Part shown: positions 19,873 through 28,283 of the stretch, piece after piece | Numbering within the stretch: the stretch's first letter is position 1 | Layout: every line of letters starts with the position of its first letter | Assembly (NCBI GenBank): GCA_964493715.1 | Contig: CAZBPC010000018.1 | Location: 1 to 47,820 of the forward strand | Source of the DNA: an uncultured archaeon | Lineage (GTDB): Archaea; Asgardarchaeota; Lokiarchaeia; Sigyniarchaeales; SOKP01 | Length of the DNA stretch: 47,820 bases | Reading direction: 5' to 3' | Notes under the pieces: model-generated | What the model was told of the DNA's origin: nothing | What the model saw: only the letters and a program-made list of their open reading frames with translations | Database searches by the model: none | Made by a program: the position numbers and the translations under genes

Positions 19873-21909
19873 TTAATCTATATCAAACATACCTGAATAA
19901 GGTTCGAGAAAATGATTCTGACACATGGGACATGAATTATATTTTGAGAGCCATGCTGCTACACAAAGATAATGATATGTACTTCCACAAAACGGACAAG
20001 TAATAAGTTTATCTTTAGCAAAATTAATAAATTGGTGACAAACAGTGCACTGCACATCTGAAACTGCAATCCCTTGCTTTGTTTTAACTTTATTAGATAA
20101 AATTTCCTCAACCTTAGCTAATTCCACTTGATATAGTCCTAAACTTGAAGTTAAGTTGTTTAATTTTGCATTTAATTCTGTAATCCTTTCTCTTAATTCA
20201 TCCTCTGTCAATTTTTCAGCGAGAAATGAAGATAAGGCAAAATTTATGGGCAAACCCTCAAAATTTTCAGATTGTTTAGTAATTTCAGTGATTTCCGCAA
20301 ACAAAATAGATTCTTCATCAATTAAATCTTTAAAACTTTTAAATATTTTATTCAATAAAATAGTGAGTAGGAAGGTCAATTGTTGTTTTTTTCTATAAAA
20401 ATTGTCCTCCCAATGTTTAATAAGTTGATATGTATCGATATTTCGAAACTTATTTCTATCTATCTTCTCATAGATTTGGGATTTGATAATTTCGATTTTT
20501 GTCTTGTAGTCTCTTAATATTTCTTTTATTTTCTTAAGCTGGGGTAATTCTTCCCTAATTATGACAGAAGTCTTATCCTCATAATCACTCATCATGGCAT
20601 TAACTTCCAGTATCTTGGAATCAACAAATGTTCTTAATTCAACACGCAATCCCTCATCTTTTACACTTGTAAGATATGTCTGATATTCTTCTTTTCTACG
20701 TAATAATTCATCATTTAATCGTGATAATGTTTTTTTTAAGGTTTCTGTAATATTTTCATACGGTTTCAGGTATTTGTCAAATCTTAATACCCAGGTATCT
20801 ATCTCATCAATATTTGACGATATTGCATCTACTTTTTCTCTATAAGAATTAATTATTTTCACAAACTCATCTGTCGAAGTACCCTCAATTTGATTTAAGA
20901 GATTTTGAAGTTTTTTATCTATTGATAAAAAATAATATTCAATCAATTTTGGTAGAAATTCAGAAAATTTTTGTTGAGTTAATGATTCAAAATTAAAATC
21001 TTGTTTTTCCTCAAGTCTGTGTTTTTCATCATATTGTTTAACTTCATTAATGAGTCCTTCTAATTTATCCTCGATTAAAGAGACTATGAAAGGGCGCGTT
21101 TTATCTTTTAGATTTTGCACCACCTCCTTTCTTTCCAGTATGTTTATAAATTCTTCACTGGAATAATCTGCAAAGACATTATTTTTATACATCAAATAGA
21201 TAAGATCCGAATAGACTAATTCGTGATTCTGGTGATTTTCAATAAAATATTGAAAGAGTTCATTGAAATGAAAAGTAGGTAACGGTTCAGATCCTTTTTT
21301 CTTAACTTTTATAGGATCTGATTCAGATAGAGATCGTAAAAATTCAAGGGAACCCTTAATTTCATCCCATTTTTTCAATTCTAAGATTGATTCATTAAAT
21401 TGAAATCCTAAATTTTTAATCTTACTTGCTTGAATCCATAAGAATATCTCATCATCATATTGTTTTTCCACTTTATAGATAATCTTCTCAAGATATTGCC
21501 TTATCATATCACATTTTTTAAGCATTTCTGTGATAATTGTGAGGAAATCATCAAGAAATTTATTCTTCTTTAAAATTCTCTTTATGTTCCTACCATTAGC
21601 GGTGAGATTTGTTAAGTTTTGAGAAATAATTTTAAGTTCTTTTACAAGTTCAGATTTTAAATTATAGTAAAGATTCTTTGAACTTCTGAGTAAATAATCA
21701 TCAACAAATTGTTCTATTTGAGTAAGATATTCCTGATAAAACTCCTGGTGTTGTAGATGGAAATATTTCTTGAGGTAATCATTGATTTCACTTTCCTCCA
21801 CGTTTTCTTCCATAAATCGCGATAACTTCCTTTTTACATCAAGAATCTCATCTATAGTAAAACCTTTTATCTCTCTGGTATCATTAAACTTATTATTGAA
21901 AAGTAACAT
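19873..21909 (-). CDS. Coiled-coil protein with C-terminal C4HC3 RING-like finger (putative E3 ligase)
   Basis: CTVC-x13-CPFC-x4-H-x2-C-x10-CPMC with Trp four residues after the sixth ligand, preceded by a long helical region. Confidence 0.75.
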   Translation of the reverse strand: MLLFNNKFNDTREIKGFTIDEILDVKRKLSRFMEENVEESEINDYLKKYFHLQHQEFYQEYLTQIEQFVDDYLLRSSKNLYYNLKSELVKELKIISQNLTNLTANGRNIKRILKKNKFLDDFLTIITEMLKKCDMIRQYLEKIIYKVEKQYDDEIFLWIQASKIKNLGFQFNESILELKKWDEIKGSLEFLRSLSESDPIKVKKKGSEPLPTFHFNELFQYFIENHQNHELVYSDLIYLMYKNNVFADYSSEEFINILERKEVVQNLKDKTRPFIVSLIEDKLEGLINEVKQYDEKHRLEEKQDFNFESLTQQKFSEFLPKLIEYYFLSIDKKLQNLLNQIEGTSTDEFVKIINSYREKVDAISSNIDEIDTWVLRFDKYLKPYENITETLKKTLSRLNDELLRRKEEYQTYLTSVKDEGLRVELRTFVDSKILEVNAMMSDYEDKTSVIIREELPQLKKIKEILRDYKTKIEIIKSQIYEKIDRNKFRNIDTYQLIKHWEDNFYRKKQQLTFLLTILLNKIFKSFKDLIDEESILFAEITEITKQSENFEGLPINFALSSFLAEKLTEDELRERITELNAKLNNLTSSLGLYQVELAKVEEILSNKVKTKQGIAVSDVQCTVCHQFINFAKDKLITCPFCGSTYHYLCVAAWLSKYNSCPMCQNHFLEPYSGMFDID

Positions 21910-22061
21910 TGAAATGCACTTTAATCTCTTTCTTATTGCATGAAAATATTATCAATGATCCATTAAATTTTTTGTTAAAATTATTACTAAGGAGACAAAA
22001 TATCCATTTTTATTATGATATCGAATCATATTTAAAATTTGGAAATAAAAAGGTGTAAATT

Positions 22062-22679
22062 TTATTCTCCTAACTCATCAATCTCAATCGTTTTTTCTTG
22101 AGCACCGCTTTTGGTTATGATGAGTAAATCAATTCCGTTACCGGACATGGCATCTCTTTTTATAGCATTACTTATAGCTTTTACAACAAGTGCTTCTCCA
22201 GCTTTAATTGTCATATTCGGTTTGTATTCTGCTTCTAATATTCCAATAGATAATAACATTCCTGTTCCTGTTGTTCCATAATCATCAGGCATCAAAGAAC
22301 CAAGAGCATCCAAAGTATATAATTGCGGACCATCATCATCTAATCCTGCAACAACTAAATTTGTATATAATGGAGCTTGTTTTCGTGAATATAAGAAGTT
22401 TGAAATCAATTTAGCTAAACTTTTTGTCGTGATCTGTTTCCCCGCATCAAGTTCATAAAGATTTGCTTGAGCTTGAAGGATTTTAACTAAAATTTGGAAA
22501 TCTCCAATTAGCCCATATGCGGCTACTCCAATATTTTCAGTAATCTTAAAAACCTTCCTTGTTGCTTTATTTGTAACTGTATAACCCCAAGTTGCCCTGC
22601 GATCATTTCCAAGAATAACTCCATCCTTACATTTAATAGCAACGCCACAACTTCCTGGTACCATTATCTGCTGAGACAT
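22062..22679 (-). CDS. psmB: Proteasome beta-type subunit (Thr1 absent)
   Basis: KDGVILGNDRRAT, KVFKI, G...DFQ, GPQLYTLDALGS, TGTG and RDAMSGNGID. Confidence 0.9.
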   Translation of the reverse strand: MSQQIMVPGSCGVAIKCKDGVILGNDRRATWGYTVTNKATRKVFKITENIGVAAYGLIGDFQILVKILQAQANLYELDAGKQITTKSLAKLISNFLYSRKQAPLYTNLVVAGLDDDGPQLYTLDALGSLMPDDYGTTGTGMLLSIGILEAEYKPNMTIKAGEALVVKAISNAIKRDAMSGNGIDLLIITKSGAQEKTIEIDELGE

Positions 22680-23178
22680 TTTTATCTCTAATAAATTTTG
22701 TTTTATAGTTTTAAAGTACTATTTAGTATTAAATTAATGGGAATTAATAATTTTTTGTTTTAAATTATAATATTTTACTGATTAAACTGAAAAATCACGT
22801 TAACGTATCATCATCATATATTGAAGTAGTCTTTAAAATCTTGATATAATGAAAAATCAGCAGTATTCTGTCAATTTTTACCAATTATTTACTTTATGAC
22901 TAAGTTGTGATGATCACTAAATTGATCCCATGACATTTACCCATGATAAAGTCACTTGATAATATTTTTTTTAATTTCCCTTTACCCCATAATAAAACTA
23001 AATTAAATGCCCATTTCTTCAACATAACCCTTTGAATTACTTTGATACTAAAAAATTAAGTTCAACTTTTTCGTGTGATCAATCATCCGATGATCATAGA
23101 TGTTTACTCTTCAATCAAAACATAAAGTTTTTGTCGTGATTTTTTGTTGATTTAATCCCCCATCTTCTTCTCATATTG

Positions 23179-23194
23179 CCAAAAGATTTAAATA
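23179..23194 (+). promoter_or_regulatory. Putative BRE/TATA box for the histone gene
   Basis: CCAAAAGA followed by TTTAAATA (23187-23194), about 100 nt upstream of ATG 23294. The AT-rich context limits specificity. Confidence 0.4.
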
Positions 23195-23293
23195 ATCATT
23201 CGGATATAATATTAACTAAGAAACTCTATTAATAAACAAAAAAAAAGTAAAAATACACGAATTAAAAATTTTTAATTGTGGAGGAATAAGACC

Positions 23294-23541
23294 ATGGCTA
23301 AAAAGAAACATAGATCAAGAATCCTTTCGATTCTGAGTGTAGTTTTGCCTGGTCGCCAATAAGGAGATTAATGAAGCAGCAAGGTGCAAGCATCGTAGCA
23401 AGAAACGCAGTAGATCTTTTAATTGACCATCTCGAAAAGACTGCAACTGGTTTAACTGAACAAGCTCGCGCTTTTACCATGCATGCTAATCGTAAAAAAA
23501 TTACCAAAAACGATCTCCTATTGTCGATCAAGTATAAATAA
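23294..23541 (+). CDS. Archaeal histone (HMf-type fold), interrupted gene: join(23294..23313,23343..23541), 72 aa
   Basis: Spliced translation MAKKKHSFAWSPIRRLMKQQGASIVARNAVDLLIDHLEKTATGLTEQARAFTMHANRKKITKNDLLLSIKYK has PIRRLMK, GA..V, HA.RK.I...D. SD-like GGAGGA at 23280-23285. The ATG and the fold are in different frames unless 29 nt are removed. Confidence 0.9.
23314..23342 (+). other. Putative 29-nt bulge-helix-bulge (BHB) intron in histone pre-mRNA
   Basis: 4-bp central helix ACAT(23308-11)/GTGT(23337-40). 3-nt bulges AGA(23312-14) and AGT(23341-43). Intron stem TCA(A)GAATC/GATTCTGA. Exon stem GAA/TTT. Cutting after the second nucleotide of each bulge restores the frame. Confidence 0.8.
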
Positions 23542-23577
23542 CTATAAGATAAAGTTCTGCTAATTACAAATCCAATC

Positions 23578-23593
23578 TTTTTTTCCTTTTTTT
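23578..23593 (+). terminator. Oligo-T tract, putative archaeal terminator of the histone gene
   Basis: TTTTTTTCCTTTTTTT about 36 nt downstream of the histone stop. Confidence 0.45.
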
Positions 23594-23946
23594 ATATCTA
23601 AATTTGTTTAAAATACGATGTTAGTTTCATTTCTGTTGATTAAATACAAATAAAGCATGTATCATCAGTCCATTTGGACAAAAAAATTGTTTTCTTTTTT
23701 TTTTATTACTTCTTTATTTTAACAAAATTATGCTTTACAGAATTCAAAATTAATGTTCTAAATACCATAAAAATGAAAAACGACGCGCAACCGATATCTA
23801 CATTAATAAGGAGTTATTTCGACGATCTAAATACCTCTTATTAAAGATTCTATTCAATATATCCTCGAAATAGTCCTTCAAAATCTATAGAGATCGTTTA
23901 TAAATTCGACTTTCTTATCATTACTTGGGTTTTGTAATCTATAATC

Positions 23947-24474
23947 ATGTCAAGTTTTAAACTCAAAATAATTCTAACTGGCGCAGCGGCAGTCGGTAAG
24001 ACAGAGTTGGTTCAAAGATTCATCAAAAATCGTTTTGCAGCCAATTATAAATTGACCGTAGGCGTTGATATATTAACTAAGGATGTAGAATTTAGATCGG
24101 GTGAAATAGCAACTCTCTCAATATGGGATATTGGAGGCCAGCAAAGATTTGAGTTTATTCGAAGTACATTTTACAAAGGAGCTGCAGGGGCAATGTTAGT
24201 CTTTGATTTAACTCGTGAACAAACGTATGTAGAAACTCGCAAGTGGTTATCTGAAATTAAGCAATCAGCGGGAGAAAACATACCGTTTGTTTTGATCGGT
24301 AACAATGTAGATTTAGTAGAGGATGTGGGTGTGGTCATAGATCGTGAAGAAGCCAGAAGGTTCGCTGAAAGTGAAGGAAGCATTTACATTGAAACATCAT
24401 CGAAGACGGGGAAACACGTCGATGAATCTTTTACGGAGTTAACTCGACGGATTATTGATTCTCGATCTCAATAA
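23947..24474 (+). CDS. Rab-like small GTPase
   Basis: G1 GAAAVGKT, G2 YKLTVGVD, G3 WDIGGQQRF, FYKGAAGAMLVFD, variant G4 GNNVD, G5 ETSSK. No C-terminal Cys prenylation motif. Confidence 0.92.
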   Translation: MSSFKLKIILTGAAAVGKTELVQRFIKNRFAANYKLTVGVDILTKDVEFRSGEIATLSIWDIGGQQRFEFIRSTFYKGAAGAMLVFDLTREQTYVETRKWLSEIKQSAGENIPFVLIGNNVDLVEDVGVVIDREEARRFAESEGSIYIETSSKTGKHVDESFTELTRRIIDSRSQ

Positions 24475-24649
24475 TATTTATGTATTAAATCCGTATTTAC
24501 GTTCTTGTTAATAAGTTATTGATCATCGATCGATAAAATTTTTTTTCTTCCTTTTTCTTAAATTTCGTATATAAAAATTTAAATTTAGAGATTTAATTAA
24601 TTTAATTAGCATTCTACAAAAATAATAAATGAAATAATCGCAATTTCTC

Positions 24650-24928
24650 ATGCTAGCGGTCGATGATAGAGGAAGACGATTCGATATTTATTTTGATTGC
24701 ATTTTTGGGGGTTCTATTTCAACAATAGCAATTATAATAATTATCGTATATGCTAATCAAAATGTGAATCAAGATCCTATAGTTTTTTATGGTGGCCTAG
24801 GATTTTGGAATTTTATACTTATTGGTTCAATATTCCTGATATATGTGGGCATACATACATATTTTTTGAAGAAAAAGTATCCTGAAGGAATCCCAACTAA
24901 AAAACCGGTAAGGGCTCTAATAATTTAA
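24650..24928 (+). CDS. Small two-TM membrane protein
   Basis: ATG start, two hydrophobic segments and a basic C-terminus. Confidence 0.5.
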   Translation: MLAVDDRGRRFDIYFDCIFGGSISTIAIIIIIVYANQNVNQDPIVFYGGLGFWNFILIGSIFLIYVGIHTYFLKKKYPEGIPTKKPVRALII

Positions 24929-25104
24929 TAATTTTAACGATTTATTTATTATACTTCCCCCTTGATGGGGTTTGATATTTCCTTCATTAATCACTTGATA
25001 ATCATTATTTATAAGCTTTAGAATTCTTGAATTCGTAACCGAAACATATTTTTTCATATCATTCTTTTCAATTCATATTACTTAAAATAACATAATGAAT
25101 AATT

Positions 25105-25758
25105 ATGGCAGATAAAACCAATTCAGAAGCTGGGAAACCAGTAAATGGGAAGGCAAAAGAGATATTGTTTCAATCCATGGAGCTTATTATGAAGAATCTT
25201 CAAGAAAATATGGAACATCTCATGAAACCAAAACATTTCGAGCATACCCAACATTTTATTGAATTAGTATATGATGGTTTAAAAAATAAGAGGAAATTCT
25301 TTTTATTAGCATCAGGACGTTCCGCTTTCATTCTGCAGTGCTTTGCTACCCGATTAGTGCATTTAGGTGCTGAAGTTTATATGGTTACTAATTTAGCGAG
25401 CATGCCTGCTTTAACGAAAGATGATCTACTGATCGTTTTATCAGGATCGGGAACAACTACAATCGTTGTAAGCTTGCTAAAGAATTACGTGAATACTATA
25501 AAACCTTATGGGATCATAACCATAACTTCCCATCCAGAAACCATAATTGGGAGAGTCGGAGATGTTACCATTAAACTGAAAGGGCGTACTAAGAACGATT
25601 TGACAGATCGCCACGATGATACTGCATTGCTAACTCCCGAAGGAACAGCTTTTGAGCAAGTTGCTTTTACATATTTAGATGCGATTATTGCTGAGTTAGC
25701 AATTAAATTAGGTAGAACCAACGAAGATTTGCTTAAAAAACATTCCGAGTCCATTTGA
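25105..25758 (+). CDS. hxlB: SIS-domain 6-phospho-3-hexuloisomerase-like protein
   Basis: ASGRS, FATRLVHLG, DLLIVLSGSGTT, ITS, P.GTAFE...LDAIIAEL and terminal KH. Confidence 0.75.
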   Translation: MADKTNSEAGKPVNGKAKEILFQSMELIMKNLQENMEHLMKPKHFEHTQHFIELVYDGLKNKRKFFLLASGRSAFILQCFATRLVHLGAEVYMVTNLASMPALTKDDLLIVLSGSGTTTIVVSLLKNYVNTIKPYGIITITSHPETIIGRVGDVTIKLKGRTKNDLTDRHDDTALLTPEGTAFEQVAFTYLDAIIAELAIKLGRTNEDLLKKHSESI

Positions 25759-25810
25759 GTCTTTCTCATTCAATGCCAAATTTAATAATATTTTATCACC
25801 TACTGTTTTT

Positions 25811-25881
25811 TGTGCCCATTTATAGTTCTTCTATGAGATTTTTATAAAAAGACGATGAATAGAGGTCTCCAAATGGGCATA
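25811..25881. repeat. Imperfect 71-nt inverted repeat between convergent genes
   Basis: Nested arms TGTGCCCATTT/AAATGGGCATA, CTTCTAT/ATAGAGG and central TTTTTATAAAAA. Confidence 0.55.
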
Positions 25882-25954
25882 CATCAATATTAAAGAGAAT
25901 GTCTAAGAGTAAATTTCAAGATCCAAAAAGAAGATAAAATAGTTTCTTACCTAA

Positions 25955-26848
25955 CTACAAATTTATTGCTCCAATTGCTCCAGCAAATATGGAATGATTA
26001 AGGAATATCGCCTTTTTCTTGTTAATTGAGCACAATAGCGTGAGAATTTGTTTTAATGGTCTGTTATTAGAAACAAAACCTCCACAAAAGATTAAATACT
26101 TTACATCATAATTTTTAGCTTTTTCAATTGCTATAGTTCCAATATTTTCTCCAATCATGCAGATAAGTGAATTTAGGAGATCTCCATCACTATATTTTTC
26201 TACTTTATTCCTTGAGTTTATTTTTCCTAAAGAAGCTGCGGTAAATTGACGAAATATTGCATCTATTCTCTGATCTTGAGGGGAATATATATCTGCAACT
26301 TTTAAATCAACATTATAACGATCTCCTTGTTGTGCTATCTCTACTGCTTCATTAAAATTAGTAAAATTATATAATAATTTGATTAAAGCCATGAAAAATC
26401 CTCCTCCAAGTGCTGATCCTCCGATATGTTCGTAACCCTCTTTTTTTAGAATCATTGATGATCCTGTGCCAATTGTGATTATAAGAGACGTAGTTAAACT
26501 TTTTGATTTATTTATATTAAAAAGAGTGTCAATTCCATTAATATTAGCTTCAAATTCGTTAAATAGGTTTGATATAAAGTCTTTAGAAAGTTGCTCCTGG
26601 AAGTAATATGCTTTTCCTCCAGTTAAATTTAATTTCATATTGGTTAGGTTGTTATCTACTAAATACTTGTTAATATATTCATAATCATCATAAGTAGGAT
26701 GAATTATTAGGTATAGATCATCTTCATATAAATATGCAATTTTTGTAAGACTCTGCCCCAAATCAATCCCAATCACATTCTGGGGAATTTTTCTTAAGTT
26801 TGGTTCATCTTGGAGTTTTATCGAATAAGTAGTAAAAATCTTGATCAC
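25955..26848 (-). CDS. Type II (Fumble-family) pantothenate kinase
   Basis: IGIDLGQSLTK, LTGG, EFEA...G, IGTGSS, HIGGSALGGG, VDLKVADIY, AASLGK, FCGGF and AGAIGA. Confidence 0.85.
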   Translation of the reverse strand: MIKIFTTYSIKLQDEPNLRKIPQNVIGIDLGQSLTKIAYLYEDDLYLIIHPTYDDYEYINKYLVDNNLTNMKLNLTGGKAYYFQEQLSKDFISNLFNEFEANINGIDTLFNINKSKSLTTSLIITIGTGSSMILKKEGYEHIGGSALGGGFFMALIKLLYNFTNFNEAVEIAQQGDRYNVDLKVADIYSPQDQRIDAIFRQFTAASLGKINSRNKVEKYSDGDLLNSLICMIGENIGTIAIEKAKNYDVKYLIFCGGFVSNNRPLKQILTLLCSINKKKAIFLNHSIFAGAIGAINL

Positions 26849-26924
26849 TTTCTAAAAAATTTAATTAAGATTTATTTAATTATTTCATTTATTCAATTTA
26901 ATCTATTTCATATTTTTCAGAATT

Positions 26925-28280
26925 ATGAAAAAACAAGAAACGGATGTAGTTAATGTAGCAATAGCAAAAGCAGATACTCCCATTAACACTTATAATATGA
27001 TTATCACCTTATTAGGTGAAATGGAACACTATGTTTCAAAAAATGATAGAATCCTTATTAAGATTAATTTAAATACACCTAATGGATTCCCCGTGAATAC
27101 AAGCTTAGTCTTGATAAAGTCAATCATAAAATCTTGTAAGAAAGCAGGAGCAAGTGAAATTTCATTAGTAAGTTACTCTAATATGGGAGTAAAAATAAGG
27201 AATATAGACAATCTATTAAAGATCAACGAAATAGTAAATCCATTAGGCGCTCAATTACAATTTTTAGAAGATGGTTTAGAATTACTTGATCTCCTTCAAA
27301 ATTATGATAAATTTTTTGTTATTAATCAAGTAAATGTTGATCCCTTATTCGATTTTACGCTCTCTATGATGAACTCAACTAAAATTAACACATTAAATTC
27401 CCAAGATTTAATGAGACAAGATTTGGAAAGTGAATTTTATATGAAAGAGATGGTCTCAAAATTATTAAGCTTATATGAACAACGGAAACCAGATTTAACC
27501 ATCAATGATCTTTATCATGTGATGGAAGGAGCAGGACCTAATATTTATAAAGATTCCAAATTAATCGAGACTAAGATGATGGTTGGTGGCACTGATTCAA
27601 TTGCAGTAGATTTGATCACTTTAGAACTATTAAATATAGATCCTCTTGGAAATTCCTTAATTCTTGGTGCTCGTGAAAAAAATATCGGTATTACAAATAT
27701 AAATAATATTAACATCATTGGTGAAGATCTTGAAAAATCCAAGGTTAATATTAATTATTGTAAAAAGAATTTAGAGGATATCACTATTCATAATTGTAAC
27801 ATTAAAACGGGTTCAACTTGTTCTGGGTGTTACCACGTAGCATATCATTTATTGAACATTATGAGAACATACATGACTAAAGATTTAAAATATGTAGCCG
27901 CTCAATCTGTTTTAATTGGTAAAAACCCTCCAGAACCAGATTTTAAAAAAGATGTTGTCTTATTTGGTAATTGTGCTATTAAAAGTACAAAAAATTCAAG
28001 CTTTAGAACAATTATTACCTCCAAGGAAGTAATTCCGTTAACTAATAAAATTAAATCAATTTTTAATAAAAAAGAACCCATTAAAAAACTAAAAACTTTC
28101 GAAAAAGCAAACAAGCAGATTCTAAACCTACCTGGATGTCCTCCGAATTTAAATTCAAGCATCAATTTAATCTCAAATTACCATGGAAAACAGCAAGTTC
28201 CCAATTTATATTTATACCATAATCTCATAGAAACATATAACTCAATAAACAATAAGAAAGCGAACAAGGGAGGTATTTAA
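26925..28280 (+). CDS. DUF362-like protein (divergent, putative Fe-S)
   Basis: DRILIKINL, PDLTINDL..MEGAGP, DSIAVD, CSGC, FGNCA and LPGCPP. Confidence 0.7.
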   Translation: MKKQETDVVNVAIAKADTPINTYNMIITLLGEMEHYVSKNDRILIKINLNTPNGFPVNTSLVLIKSIIKSCKKAGASEISLVSYSNMGVKIRNIDNLLKINEIVNPLGAQLQFLEDGLELLDLLQNYDKFFVINQVNVDPLFDFTLSMMNSTKINTLNSQDLMRQDLESEFYMKEMVSKLLSLYEQRKPDLTINDLYHVMEGAGPNIYKDSKLIETKMMVGGTDSIAVDLITLELLNIDPLGNSLILGAREKNIGITNINNINIIGEDLEKSKVNINYCKKNLEDITIHNCNIKTGSTCSGCYHVAYHLLNIMRTYMTKDLKYVAAQSVLIGKNPPEPDFKKDVVLFGNCAIKSTKNSSFRTIITSKEVIPLTNKIKSIFNKKEPIKKLKTFEKANKQILNLPGCPPNLNSSINLISNYHGKQQVPNLYLYHNLIETYNSINNKKANKGGI

Positions 28281-28283
28281 ACA

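Noticed and set aside
22907-22960. Possible C/D box sRNA (GTGATGA box C)
   Set aside because: No CTGA box D at a suitable distance.
23314-23342. Spliceosomal-type intron (ends in TAG)
   Set aside because: It starts with AT rather than GT, is very short, has no evident branch or pyrimidine tract, and the BHB explains both junctions.
23294-23362. Histone as a simple pseudogene or single-base sequencing frameshift
   Set aside because: The fold, SD and stop are intact, and the offset is explained exactly by a structured 29-nt insert with canonical BHB geometry. It is not excluded without reads or RNA data, but it is less parsimonious.
23298-23531. 77-aa minus-strand ORF in the ORF track
   Set aside because: It is the antisense shadow of the plus-strand histone gene and has no recognisable features.
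23773-23844. 23-codon ORF and imperfect hairpin (23803-23844) upstream of the Rab-like gene
   Set aside because: Too short and AT-rich to distinguish from chance, and there is no second copy.
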